Origin: Candidatus Pacearchaeota archaeon
GTDB lineage: Archaea; Nanobdellota; Nanobdellia; Pacearchaeales; GW2011-AR1
DNA length: 64,000 nt
Assembly (NCBI GenBank): GCA_016181885.1
Contig: JACOYJ010000026.1
Span: 1,185 to 65,184 of the forward strand
Direction: 5' to 3'
The notes under the pieces were generated by a model. That model was not told the origin of the DNA. It did not search any database and was given only the letters and a program-made list of their open reading frames with translations. Shown here one piece after another: positions 38,948-49,229 of the stretch (positions are counted from its first letter, which is position 1; every line of letters starts with the position of its first letter). Made by a program: the position numbers and the translations under genes.

Positions 38948-39752
38948 GTTTGTTAAGCCTGGGGATATAACTTAGGATAAATACCGCTCTACTCACGGCA
39001 TTCAACTTTATAATAGCTTAAATATGCTTTGATTGGCTTATTCGTATAAACTTTGTATAGAAAACCTTACTCAGCCCACCCGCCCAACCCTAATTATCTT
39101 GAACTCCCATGGTTTAGCTTATCATCAACTTGCTAATATTAACCCAACTTAAATAATTGTTTTCACATTATTTTTCTTGAATTAACCTAAATCCTCATTG
39201 TTCAACTCATTTATATTCACCTCGAGAATAATATTTACTACGCATAAAAATATTTTCCCATTAATCCTGTTTTTTGTTTTAGCGGAGCCGAGCAACTTCG
39301 CGAGATGTAGTTTGGAATTAATAACCGAGCGGGGTTGCGAGTAGTGCCAATGGCTGATGCTAGGGAATATAGATGCTGAATAATATAAATATTTAAAAAA
39401 CTAAATGTTTATGGAATTTCGTGGCAATATCCATAGAAAAGATACTGACAATAAGCGTGGGAGAATATGCTAAAAGCAAAGCTTATGATCTCGTCGGAGT
39501 GCACTTTTCTTTACTAACCTGTGACTCGATTGAAATTGCGAATGCGATTGAGGGATTTGCGGAGAAAGTGCCTGACAAAGCCGAGGTAGTCGTAGATTAT
39601 CAAAACAACACAAGCGCGGCTGGAAGGATGGACCGCCAATATTATATTCAGATGTCAGGCACAGCATTAATTCCAAGGAAAAACGTTCCAAGTGCGTCCA
39701 AAGACTTTGTGGGCGGTTCCCCTTAATTAATTCTTTACTTAACAAACAAATA

Positions 39753-40337
39753 TCATATTTCATCCCTGCAGCTTTCGCACAAAAGAGTTCCTTGGTCGCT
39801 TGTCAGAACATCGTAATTTCCGCAGCCCTCGCAAAGCCCCATTTTTCTTTCCTTTACTTTTTTTAATCTTCTTAATTTGTTTGCTTCTTCCCTTATCTGC
39901 GCAAGTTCATCAAGCTCCGGATAAATCTCCGGCTTGAAATTTAAAATGTCTTTAATTGTTATTATTCCAACCAGCTTGCCTTCGTGGATTACAGGAAGCC
40001 TCTCAAATTTCAATTTTTTCATTTTATCAAGCGCTTCTTTTATAGGAGCAAACGGCTTTATCGTGGCTAATTTTTTAGGGGAAATGTCTATTGCCTTTAT
40101 TACAGATAAATCGCTTTTTGATTTTTTTATCAGCGCCCAAAGAATGTCTTTTTCAGAAATAAACCCGACAAGCCTTTTTTTATCAACGAGAAGAAGGCTT
40201 CCAACACCCTTATTAACCATTTTTTTTGCGCAATCCAAAAGGTTTGTGTCTGGATTAATTATGACAGGATCTCTAGTCATAATGTCTGCGACCAGTATTC
40301 TTTCCATTAAAGACCTGCGGTCTTTAGAACCCCTCAA
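39753..40337 (-). CDS. CBS-domain pair protein with C-terminal zinc ribbon
   Basis: Two CBS repeats (IMTRDPVIINPDT..., ...LPVIHEGKLVGIITIKDIL) and CEGCGN...CESC. Confidence 0.7.
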   Translation of the reverse strand: MRGSKDRRSLMERILVADIMTRDPVIINPDTNLLDCAKKMVNKGVGSLLLVDKKRLVGFISEKDILWALIKKSKSDLSVIKAIDISPKKLATIKPFAPIKEALDKMKKLKFERLPVIHEGKLVGIITIKDILNFKPEIYPELDELAQIREEANKLRRLKKVKERKMGLCEGCGNYDVLTSDQGTLLCESCRDEI

Positions 40338-40619
40338 GCGATTTTCTTTCTATCCCTTGAGGAAAATCTTTATCCCGTAAAACCTCCATAAAAAACCCAG
40401 GTGCTATTTCTATATAAATATTTTCAAATAAGGCAAATGTAGATTAAATGATACAAATGCTTAAAAGGGATTTTAAGGTTAATTTCCTTCCTGCAAATCT
40501 TCAACATGCCTCACCAGATCCTTTGTAAGCCTTGCCATGCTTCTTTATTCAAATTATCAAAAATCGTAGATATTCATGTAATCCTCCACAACAACAATTT
40601 TTAAATACGGCTGAATAGG

Positions 40620-40943
40620 GTGATTAGTATGGCAGAAAAGAAAAGATATTGGGTTAAAAAACCCGAGGATTACCTTACTTTAGAAACCGCTTTGGATAAG
40701 AATAAAGAAGCTATGGAAGTTTCTGGGGAGGATGATATACATGGGCATTATAAAATAAGATACCACTTCAATGATTCTACTGTGGAATTAATTGGGCGTG
40801 TATGGAATGCTTTTATTGGTCCACCAAAACCAGTGAATAGTGTTTTTTATAGTTGTTCGGTTGATATTTATGCTCGGGATTTGACGCAAATAGAAGATAC
40901 AAAATCTAAATTAGAAGAAATTACAAGGGTTAAATTAAAATAG
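40620..40943 (+). CDS. hypothetical protein (first of four small co-oriented unknown genes ahead of the thermosome)
   Basis: ORF only. Confidence 0.4.
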   Translation: MISMAEKKRYWVKKPEDYLTLETALDKNKEAMEVSGEDDIHGHYKIRYHFNDSTVELIGRVWNAFIGPPKPVNSVFYSCSVDIYARDLTQIEDTKSKLEEITRVKLK

Positions 40944-40956
40944 TGATTATTTAAAA

Positions 40957-41157
40957 ATGCCAAACAAAACAGAAAATGGAGTCAATGCGATTGTGATAAC
41001 TTATTACGGAAACTTTGCTGAAGACAATGTGCCTCGAGAAGTTTGCAGAATTTTAATGGGGCGTGGATATTATCCTGATTCAATTTCAACTAATCACACA
41101 CACCCTAGCGAAATTGGTTTTAATGAGGCGTATTATTACTTCGGCAGTCCTGGATAA
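40957..41157 (+). CDS. hypothetical small protein
   Basis: ORF only (66 aa). Confidence 0.35.
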   Translation: MPNKTENGVNAIVITYYGNFAEDNVPREVCRILMGRGYYPDSISTNHTHPSEIGFNEAYYYFGSPG

Positions 41158-41188
41158 AGTTTAAAAATAATATCTATTAAAAATTAAT

Positions 41189-41464
41189 ATGCCTGAACGA
41201 ATATTATATGTTTATGCCGGGGATTCCGAGATTCCTCCGTATGATGAACATGGAATGAATTTTACTGAATTAATTGTCGATGGGAGAAAAGTCGATACAA
41301 CTGCCGGATTAGACGATGAGAGAATAAAAAACGAGGTTAGGATGAAACATAACAACGGGGCCAAAATAATTTTAAATCAACATCCAAGAGGCGAGGCGCT
41401 TACAAGGATGCTGAATTCAGATTTAGAAAATAGAATAAATAATATAATTGTTGGAGAAAAATAA
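41189..41464 (+). CDS. hypothetical protein
   Basis: ORF only; overlaps the next gene. Confidence 0.4.
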   Translation: MPERILYVYAGDSEIPPYDEHGMNFTELIVDGRKVDTTAGLDDERIKNEVRMKHNNGAKIILNQHPRGEALTRMLNSDLENRINNIIVGEK

Positions 41465-41933
41465 AATGTCAGAAACTCTTAACAAAACTAAGGTAAAAAA
41501 GATAAAAGAAAACGAAAATGTAAATTTAAATCAGCTAGATTTGAATGCTGGAGATTGGATTGGTATTTGCGCTAGGAATCCTGGAGCACATGCTAGATTT
41601 TATCTGGATTTTTTTATATTGGCAAAAGTTATTGAGCCAGTGTTAACTCCCTTGAACCAAGGAAGAAATTGTGATCGAGTAATAGCTTTAGAATATTTTT
41701 TAGATGGGATAAACTGCGGGGGCTGGAATATACATGCAGATTCTCATTTGAAATTAGACAAGCCATTTATTTATGAAGAAAGTAATGTCCCTCAAATTGA
41801 AATTTGTAATAGCGGTTATTATGTGGCAAAATCATTATATGTTGGCGAGGATGAAATAACAAAAGCCTTAAAGAAAACTCCGGGTTTTGAAATTTATGCT
41901 GATTTAATTGAATATGGGAGATTGTTAAAATAA
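41448..41933 (+). CDS. hypothetical protein
   Basis: ORF only; its stop is 1 nt before the thermosome ATG. Confidence 0.4.
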   Translation: MLEKNKMSETLNKTKVKKIKENENVNLNQLDLNAGDWIGICARNPGAHARFYLDFFILAKVIEPVLTPLNQGRNCDRVIALEYFLDGINCGGWNIHADSHLKLDKPFIYEESNVPQIEICNSGYYVAKSLYVGEDEITKALKKTPGFEIYADLIEYGRLLK

Positions 41934-41934
41934 A

Positions 41935-43545
41935 ATGCCAGATAAACCAGTAATACTTATGCCGGAAGACATTCAGAGGATTATGGGCAAAGATGCTCAA
42001 AGAAACAATATTCTTGCAGCTAGAATGGTTGCGGAAGTAGTTAAGACTACTTTAGGACCAAAAGGAATGGACAAGATGCTTGTTTCTCCGACAAATGAAA
42101 TAATTGTCACCAACGATGGAGTTACGATTCTTGATAAAATGCAGATAGAGCATCCTGCTGCAAAAATGATGGTTGAAGTTGCAAAGACGCAGGAAAGCGA
42201 AGTCGGCGACGGAACGACAACTGCGGTCATGCTTGCCGGGAAGCTTCTTGAGAACGCAGAAAAACTTCTTGATAGAAAAATTCATCCGACAGTTATCACA
42301 AAGGGCTACAGGCTTGCTGCTGAAAAATCCCAGGAAATATTAAATGATATTGCAATAAGAATTGCCCCAGACAACGACGAAGTTTTGAAGCAGATTGCAA
42401 TGACTGCGATGACTGGAAAGGGGGCGGAAGACGCCAAGGAAAACTTCGCAGAAATAATTGTCAGGGCAATAAAGCAAATTAAAGACGGCAATAAAATAGA
42501 TATTGACGATGTAAAAATAGAAAAATCCAAGGGAGAGGGAATAAAGGATACAGAATTAATTTCCGGAATAATTCTTGCAAAAGAAAGAATCTCCCAGGAT
42601 ATGCCGTACAAAATTGATGGCGCGAGAATAGCGCTGATTGATTTTCCAGTTGAGCTTAGAAATCCTGGAATAGACACAAAAGTCTCAATTTCAAGCCCTG
42701 AGCAGCTGCAGAGTTTTTTATACGAAGAAGAAAAAGTGATAAAAGAGATGGTTGATAAAATAAAGCTGTCTGGCGCGAATGCGCTTTTCTGCCAGAAAGG
42801 CATAGATGATGTTGCGCAATATCTTTTTGCCAAAGCTGGAATTTATGCCTGCCGGCGTGTAGCAAGAAGCGACATGGAAAAAATTGCGAAGGCGAGCGGC
42901 GCAAAAATTGTCAGCAATCTTTCCGAGCTTACACCTTTTGAGCTTGGAGCTTCAAAGACTGTTGAAGAAGTAAAGCATGGAAATGACGAATTTACTTATA
43001 TCAGGGGATGCCAGAATCCAAGAGCAGTTACAATTCTTGTCAGGGGCGGGACAGAGCATGTTATTGATGAAATTGAAAGAGCAATAAGGGATGGTTTGGG
43101 CGATGTTATCTGCTCGCTGAAGTTTGGAATGGTTGTGCCTGGCGGAGGCGCTGTTGAGATTGAGCTGGCAAAAAGACTCAGGGAATTCTCGCAGGGGCTT
43201 TCTGGAAGAGAGCAACTTGCTGTTGAAGAATTTGCTTCAGCGCTTGAATTTATCCCATCAACACTTGCCGAAAACGCCGGCATAGACCCAATAGATGTTT
43301 TAACTGAATTAAAAAGCAGGCACGACGCCGGCGACAAAAACGCCGGATTAAATCTTTTCACTAACAAAGTTGAAGATACCATCGCTGCAAAAATAATTGA
43401 GCCATTGAAAATTAAAACACAGGCGATAAATTCTGCAAGTGAAGTTGCAACGATGATTTTGAGGATAGATGATGTCATTGCTTCTGACATAAAAAAAAGC
43501 GGAATGAGAAATGTCGGAATTAATGGAATGCAGGGGATTGATTAA
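41935..43545 (+). CDS. ths: thermosome (group II chaperonin) subunit
   Basis: [15 protein letters not shown], and the archaeal CCT/thermosome-like sequence throughout (536 aa). Confidence 0.9.
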   Translation: MPDKPVILMPEDIQRIMGKDAQRNNILAARMVAEVVKTTLGPKGMDKMLVSPTNEIIVTNDGVTILDKMQIEHPAAKMMVEVAKTQESEVGDGTTTAVMLAGKLLENAEKLLDRKIHPTVITKGYRLAAEKSQEILNDIAIRIAPDNDEVLKQIAMTAMTGKGAEDAKENFAEIIVRAIKQIKDGNKIDIDDVKIEKSKGEGIKDTELISGIILAKERISQDMPYKIDGARIALIDFPVELRNPGIDTKVSISSPEQLQSFLYEEEKVIKEMVDKIKLSGANALFCQKGIDDVAQYLFAKAGIYACRRVARSDMEKIAKASGAKIVSNLSELTPFELGASKTVEEVKHGNDEFTYIRGCQNPRAVTILVRGGTEHVIDEIERAIRDGLGDVICSLKFGMVVPGGGAVEIELAKRLREFSQGLSGREQLAVEEFASALEFIPSTLAENAGIDPIDVLTELKSRHDAGDKNAGLNLFTNKVEDTIAAKIIEPLKIKTQAINSASEVATMILRIDDVIASDIKKSGMRNVGINGMQGID

Positions 43546-43546
43546 G

Positions 43547-43855
43547 ATGAGAAAAAATCAGGAAGAAAAAGGGGACCACTCTTATATTCCTAGTCAAATA
43601 AGCCACATACTTGAACATCTGGGGTTTGAATATAGCCCCCTAGACATTCAGTTTTATGCAAACAGGGAAGGCTGGTTTAGATTTCCAAAAAGCAGAGTTG
43701 GTTTTAAAATAGATAGCACACATGCATACGTATTAAGAGGCTTAAAACCAAGAGTTTTTACGAATAGCTTGAATAAACTTTTTGAAGCCATGAACCTGCC
43801 AATAACCATCGATGATTTCAATTTATCTGCCAAATATTTGGGTTATGAAATTTAA
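43547..43855 (+). CDS. hypothetical protein
   Basis: Start taken at MRKNQEEK, just after the thermosome stop. Confidence 0.35.
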   Translation: MRKNQEEKGDHSYIPSQISHILEHLGFEYSPLDIQFYANREGWFRFPKSRVGFKIDSTHAYVLRGLKPRVFTNSLNKLFEAMNLPITIDDFNLSAKYLGYEI

Positions 43856-44036
43856 TATGCCTGACATATCTAAAAAACTTCTGGAAAAAATAATTAAACA
43901 AGGCTATTGCAACAGACTTTTTTCAAGATATGAAGTCCATCATGCTGCGCAAGGAAATGTTGATTTTATAGAAAGAAAAAATAAAATTCTTAGAACTTAT
44001 TCTTATTATTCAATTGATGGGAGAAAGGTTTTATGA
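43845..44036 (+). CDS. hypothetical small protein
   Basis: Start taken at MKFNMPD; no domain. Confidence 0.3.
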   Translation: MKFNMPDISKKLLEKIIKQGYCNRLFSRYEVHHAAQGNVDFIERKNKILRTYSYYSIDGRKVL

Positions 44037-44050
44037 TATATTAAAGTATA

Positions 44051-44226
44051 TGTTAAGTAAACCCGCAATCTTAGCATAAAAGATTACTCACTCCTATTGT
44101 CGTGTATTTTATTATTAATAATTATCACAAATCTGCGAATGAAATGAGCAGGTAATTATCTTTATTCTTTGCAGATTATTAAAGGAATTAAACCCTGGAA
44201 TGTTAAGTTATGAACTTGACTTAACA
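44051..44226 (+). repeat. repeat family 1, copy D (core form)
   Basis: Near-identical to copy A; ends 40 nt before the 44267 ATG. Confidence 0.8.
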
Positions 44227-44266
44227 GTATATAAAAGCTTAAATTCTCCATAGGATTGATTTTAAT

Positions 44267-44593
44267 ATGAAAAAAGTAGATATTGGAAGGACAGTTGATT
44301 ATGAAACTTTAGAGAGAGCTTTGCGTAGTGCTGCGGAAAAAGTTGGGCTTAGAGCAACTTTTAGCGACCAATATTCAGAGGGATATAGACTAGGCTCTGT
44401 TCAAGAAACCAAAGCATATTCTCACACAATTGTTAATTTAAGCGGGAGATTTTTACCTGCTATGGAAATTATAATATACGATAAACATCCAACAAATAGA
44501 TTCAGTGTCTGGAGCGGTTTAGGTTGGGGGTTTGCCTCTAAATCAACAGTTAAAGCTTATCTAAGCGCTGTTTCTGAAGCTTTGTCCGTTTAA
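44267..44593 (+). CDS. hypothetical protein
   Basis: ORF only. Confidence 0.4.
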   Translation: MKKVDIGRTVDYETLERALRSAAEKVGLRATFSDQYSEGYRLGSVQETKAYSHTIVNLSGRFLPAMEIIIYDKHPTNRFSVWSGLGWGFASKSTVKAYLSAVSEALSV

Positions 44594-44671
44594 CTAGATT
44601 TTTACCTAGGTTATTTTCCGTGATATCTTCTCGAGAAGATTTTTATGGGGATATCCTTCAGAAAATTTTGT

Positions 44672-45409
44672 TTAGTTAAAAATATTTTTATAAGCAAGTC
44701 TAAAAAATCCTTCAGATTCAATAATTCTGTCTAAGTCAATTGTTTTATTAAGATTCCCGTCTTTATCTACTTGGTAAGAGGTCATATGGTGATACCTCAG
44801 CCCTTTATCATTTAAAACCAATGAATCGGGAATTAAATCATCAATTGTGGCAGGGTTTATTTTTACACCTTCCTTAAGGTCTCTGGCAGTGGTTTCATAA
44901 GGAATCCAAACTCCATCTTTTAAAATTTCAATCCACATATGCCCTCCACCTCCCGAATGAGATGATACAGTACCCGAAGCTAATCTTACATAATTCAACA
45001 AATCTGGTTTTTTAGCAGAATTAGCCAGATAAATAAAATTAGAGTAAGTAAATCTAGAGGTCTCACTACAATCTCCTAATCTACTTTCTAGAAACTCGCT
45101 GTCAGAAAAATTAAATCTAGTCGCACCAATACTAATATACTTTGTAGTCACTGCATGCGCCAATTTCAGATATTCCAACGCAGTTTCTTCTCCTTCACCA
45201 CAATATTCAAACAAATATCCTCCAGTTTCCATACTTTCTTGAATTGCTTCGTTTCTTATCCCCTGTGCACAGTAAAAATAAGAAACGATAGGAACCGCGA
45301 GTCTATCCACAAACAAGGCGAGCAAACCGGTCAAAGCCAAGTTCTTCAGATTTTTCTTTGAGGCTATTCTTGTTAGCAAGCTTTTTTTATTTGTCATTTT
45401 TATCCTCAT
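44672..45409 (-). CDS. transglutaminase-like superfamily protein
   Basis: GDCSE (Cys), GGGGHMWIEILKDGVWIPYETT (His...Asp core pattern H.W.E...W...D/ET), N-terminal TM. Confidence 0.55.
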   Translation of the reverse strand: MRIKMTNKKSLLTRIASKKNLKNLALTGLLALFVDRLAVPIVSYFYCAQGIRNEAIQESMETGGYLFEYCGEGEETALEYLKLAHAVTTKYISIGATRFNFSDSEFLESRLGDCSETSRFTYSNFIYLANSAKKPDLLNYVRLASGTVSSHSGGGGHMWIEILKDGVWIPYETTARDLKEGVKINPATIDDLIPDSLVLNDKGLRYHHMTSYQVDKDGNLNKTIDLDRIIESEGFFRLAYKNIFN

Positions 45410-45504
45410 AGAAAATCTCTATTTAAAAATCTTGCTATTTTGTTATTCCTTAATAGTTATTACAAGAACCAAATATTTAAAAAGAGCGGATTCGAGAAAT
45501 AAAA

Positions 45505-46206
45505 ATGGAAAAAGAACTCATAGATAGAGTAAAGAGAGGTTGTGTTGGATATATTGACCTTGGAGGCAATCTGCATAGCTTTGGCTCAGAGAGAACACGG
45601 GCTTTAGTTCCACACTATTATCTAAGCGCAATTCAACCCATTTCTTTGTTTCGGGGATTGGAAAATTCTCTACATACATACTCTGAAAATAAAAGACTTG
45701 AGGAAAATAAAAGACAGAAGAGAAAAAGAGAGAAATTTGACAAAGAAAACTTAGACAATCTTATAATTTATCATGTCCCATTAAATTTGGCTCAATTGGA
45801 GGAAGAGTTTGAAAGAGATATTAATACTTTTGCCTTAATCAAACGGGAAGCTCGGGATAAAGATGTTTATCAAGAGATAATGGGAATACGCAATAAGAAA
45901 GATTATACTGATGCGGTAATGAGAATTTTTCCAGAGCCATTTTTTATTCATCAAAGAGGTTATGTCCCGCCAAGCGACCAAGGTCGAGGATGTAATACCT
46001 ATTTCTTAGTAGTTGGAGATAGAGGACTAACAAGCGAATTCAGCCAAGAAATAGTAAGAGCTCCTTTGCTTATTGCTTTGGCGGTATCAGAATTAATTGG
46101 AGTTGATATAAATGATCCTTGCGTGACCGAGCCATTCTATTCTAAGAGGAAGTTAATTTTCTTTGATCCTACAAGAAATCCAAAAAAGATTTGCCGTCCA
46201 ATTTAA
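45505..46206 (+). CDS. hypothetical protein
   Basis: ORF only (233 aa). Confidence 0.4.
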   Translation: MEKELIDRVKRGCVGYIDLGGNLHSFGSERTRALVPHYYLSAIQPISLFRGLENSLHTYSENKRLEENKRQKRKREKFDKENLDNLIIYHVPLNLAQLEEEFERDINTFALIKREARDKDVYQEIMGIRNKKDYTDAVMRIFPEPFFIHQRGYVPPSDQGRGCNTYFLVVGDRGLTSEFSQEIVRAPLLIALAVSELIGVDINDPCVTEPFYSKRKLIFFDPTRNPKKICRPI

Positions 46207-46321
46207 TCTCCTTCCAATAGTTTTACCTTGAAAGTCTTTAGCTTATAAATAAGGGCTTATTCTTGACTGGGAAATCAGAAAAAACAATAAAAGAAAATAA
46301 GATCGTTATGAAAAGTAAGGA

Positions 46322-46615
46322 TTAATAATTAGACTCTTGCATATATTCTGTAACTATGCTGATTATTTTCTGAATTGTGATGCTACAATTCTTAAAGTAT
46401 ATTCTTTCTAAAACATTTATCCCCCTCTGCCTAATTACATCACTAATCAAAGCATGTATAAAGGATTGTGTTGCTGATTCCACCCCAGAAAAATCCAGGA
46501 CTATCTTATTTTCATCACCTATGTATTTTAATATTTCGTTTAATCTTATATCTCTTGCAATATCTTTATTTCCTGCAAACGCTCCTGTTTTATCAAATAT
46601 CCTTATCTCTTTCAT
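46322..46615 (-). CDS. STAS-fold protein (DUF4325-like), anti-sigma-antagonist-like
   Basis: About 97 aa; IVLDFSGVESATQSFIHALI pattern typical of STAS/DUF4325. 4-nt overlap with the upstream ATPase gene. Confidence 0.5.
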   Translation of the reverse strand: MKEIRIFDKTGAFAGNKDIARDIRLNEILKYIGDENKIVLDFSGVESATQSFIHALISDVIRQRGINVLERIYFKNCSITIQKIISIVTEYMQESNY

Positions 46616-47580
46616 ACAAACCTCGGATGTTTATATTTTTCTTTTATTTTTTGTTTTCTTGCTTTTTGATAAAAATCTCTAATTAAGTCTAGAAGAGCGT
46701 TAAAGTCAGCATGCTCATCTAAGCATAAATCTATTCCAACTACTGTACCTGACCAATCTGGATAGTTATTATTATATGAAGCATGGTCTTTAATTGGGTC
46801 CGCAACAAGTCTTACTCCTTTATGTTTTGGATTTTTTAGAAGTTTATACATCCCCTCTCCGCTATATATCATAAAGAAATCTCTATCTACTTTTGCAAGA
46901 GATTTTATAAAGAACAACCCGGCTCCAGCATTACTTTCTGTTCCACCAATTTTTGTTGTAGTTCCAGTAATCCCGGGAGTTAAAGCCAACAAAATTGCCT
47001 CGATATCTGTTTTCGGACTATAAGATTGACTTATTGATTTCTTTACCCCTATTCCGCAATCTGCAACTCCGATTCTTATGGTATTACTCTTTTTATAATA
47101 TTGTGCGCATACTATTGCCCCGTCGTCTGAATTAGCATGTTCAAAAACATTTCTTACCAACTCAAAAATAATATATCTAATTGGTTCAACTTTTTTTGGT
47201 TCAGAGTGTAATAAAGGCACCATCTCAGTAATAAATCTATCAAGTTGTTTTGAGTCCTTTATCACCTGTATTGTTACAAATCGCCCTGCAGATTCATGTT
47301 CTCTAATCTTAATCTCTGACTCTAGTCCAAGTATTTTGAATAGGCCCATTCTTTCAAAATAATGCTTAGATATAGCAGTTGGCTTATAAAATTTTATCTC
47401 TTTCCCCTCTCGTCTCATCTTTAAACCAATTGCGCAAACCATTGACAATACAACTGGATGAACTGAGACCCATTTTTGATGTGAGCTTATCTCTAAAACA
47501 TCTGTCTCCAATACATCAAACGCTCTCAGGAAAGGGTCTATATTTCCCAGCCATACACTATTGGGCAAATGAATTCTCAT
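46612..47580 (-). CDS. GHKL (histidine-kinase-like) ATPase, RsbW/anti-sigma-kinase-like, with an N-terminal extra domain
   Basis: N-box ELVRNVFEHAN, G1 GVADCGIGV, G2 GAGLFFIKSL. Confidence 0.6.
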   Translation of the reverse strand: MRIHLPNSVWLGNIDPFLRAFDVLETDVLEISSHQKWVSVHPVVLSMVCAIGLKMRREGKEIKFYKPTAISKHYFERMGLFKILGLESEIKIREHESAGRFVTIQVIKDSKQLDRFITEMVPLLHSEPKKVEPIRYIIFELVRNVFEHANSDDGAIVCAQYYKKSNTIRIGVADCGIGVKKSISQSYSPKTDIEAILLALTPGITGTTTKIGGTESNAGAGLFFIKSLAKVDRDFFMIYSGEGMYKLLKNPKHKGVRLVADPIKDHASYNNNYPDWSGTVVGIDLCLDEHADFNALLDLIRDFYQKARKQKIKEKYKHPRFV

Positions 47581-47802
47581 ACATTCTCTAGATTTAAGGT
47601 ATTTATAAATGCTTCTAAAATACCGAGAATCCCGGTAAAATAAGTAAAACCCTGAAATCTAGGTTAGTTTGTCCTTTACATAAAAGAGGATATTTCAACT
47701 TATTTTAATCGAGACTTTTCGTGCAACGCCTCGTCTATTAACTATTTTTAAGTAATCCTTAATCTTTAAAAAGACTTTTTTCCCTAGCTATTTTATATAA
47801 AA

Positions 47803-49137
47803 ATGAGCGACATTGAAGATATTCTAAGAAGAACAAAAGAGGACAAGGTTGATTTCGTTCAGCTATGGTTTACAGATATTCATGGAGCCCATAAGTCTGT
47901 TGATATTCTTCGAGATAAACTAAACGAATCCTTGAGCAAGGGAACATGGTTTGACGGCAGTTCAATTGAGGGGTTCACAAGAATTAAAGAGTCTGACATG
48001 TTTTTGAGGCCTGATACTGGAACATATGCTGTGCTTCCATGGAGCCCAAAAGATGAAAGAACTGCAAGATTAATCTGCGATGTTTACTCTCCAGATGGGA
48101 ATCCATTTGTTGGAGACCCAAGATACATTCTTAAAAGAGCTTTGGGAAAGGCGAGGGAAAAAGGCTTTAAGTACAATGTTGGCCCTGAATTGGAATTTTT
48201 TTTGTTTAAGAAAAACGGCAATTTGGAGCCGGTTTTGCATGACGATGCGGGCTATTTCGATGCTGCGCCAAGTGATTTGGCAATCGGAGTAAGAAATGAA
48301 ATAGTTAAAGCTATAGGGGCATTGGGATTAGAAGTGGAGATGTCGCACCACGAAGTTGCTCCTGGCCAGCACGAAATTGATTTTAAGTATGGATATGCTT
48401 TGACTCAGGCAGACAGGGCAATAACCTTTAAACATGCTGTGAAATCAATTGCAGACAAACGTGGATTAATTGCTTCTTTTATGCCTAAGCCGGTTTTCGG
48501 GGAGAATGGTTCTGGAATGCACGTTCACCAAAGTCTTTTTGATGCAGATGGGGAAAAAAACTTGTTTTATGATGCTAAGGGCGAATATAAATTAAGCGAT
48601 ACAGCAAGGGCTTTTATTGCCGGGCAGTTAGAGCACATTTCAGAAATTTCTTTGGTTACTGCGCCAAAAGTTAATAGTTATAAAAGGCTTGTTCCTGGTT
48701 TTGAAGCGCCTGTTTATATATGCTGGGCGCAAAAAAATAGATCTGCTTTGATAAGGATTCCTCATTATAGCCCTGGCAGAGAAAAATCTACAAGGGCAGA
48801 ACTTAGATGTCCGGACCCCTCATGCAACCCCTATCTTGCTTTTGCAGTAATGCTCGGCGCTGGAATGGATGGAATTGAAAGAAAATTAGAGCCTCCAAAA
48901 CCAGTCGAAGAAGATGTTTATGAGTTTAACGAAAAACAATTGGCAGAGCATGGAATAGGAACTCTGCCAGAATCTTTGGGAGAAGCAATACATCATTTCA
49001 AAAACAGCAAATTAGCCAGAGATGTTCTTGGGGAGTATACTTTTGAGAAATATTTGGAAGCAAAAAGAGAAGAGTATGATGAGTACAGGCTTCAGGTTAC
49101 GCCTTGGGAAATAAAGAAATATTTGGAAAGTTCCTAA
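47803..49137 (+). CDS. glnA: glutamine synthetase type I
   Basis: Full-length GlnA motifs (GPELEFFLF, MPKPVFGENGSGMHVHQSL, AGQLEH). Confidence 0.9.
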   Translation: MSDIEDILRRTKEDKVDFVQLWFTDIHGAHKSVDILRDKLNESLSKGTWFDGSSIEGFTRIKESDMFLRPDTGTYAVLPWSPKDERTARLICDVYSPDGNPFVGDPRYILKRALGKAREKGFKYNVGPELEFFLFKKNGNLEPVLHDDAGYFDAAPSDLAIGVRNEIVKAIGALGLEVEMSHHEVAPGQHEIDFKYGYALTQADRAITFKHAVKSIADKRGLIASFMPKPVFGENGSGMHVHQSLFDADGEKNLFYDAKGEYKLSDTARAFIAGQLEHISEISLVTAPKVNSYKRLVPGFEAPVYICWAQKNRSALIRIPHYSPGREKSTRAELRCPDPSCNPYLAFAVMLGAGMDGIERKLEPPKPVEEDVYEFNEKQLAEHGIGTLPESLGEAIHHFKNSKLARDVLGEYTFEKYLEAKREEYDEYRLQVTPWEIKKYLESS

Positions 49138-49229
49138 AGATTTATTTGATGGAGCTTCGAGAATTTGATTTTTTCAATCTTATAATGAATTACAACAATA
49201 TTTAAAAATCACCTGTAATCTATCCTCAT

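Noticed and set aside
39421-39763. Overlapping ORFs 39421-39726 (+) and 39470-39763 (−)
   Set aside because: At most one can be real and neither shows a domain. The + ORF is kept only as a very weak possibility and is not listed as a feature.
41997-43490. Several minus-strand ORFs of 77-175 aa (42306-42833, 42996-43490, 42656-42904 and others) inside the thermosome gene
   Set aside because: They are antisense shadow ORFs within a high-confidence CDS. They encode low-complexity Ser/Ile-rich peptides with no start context.
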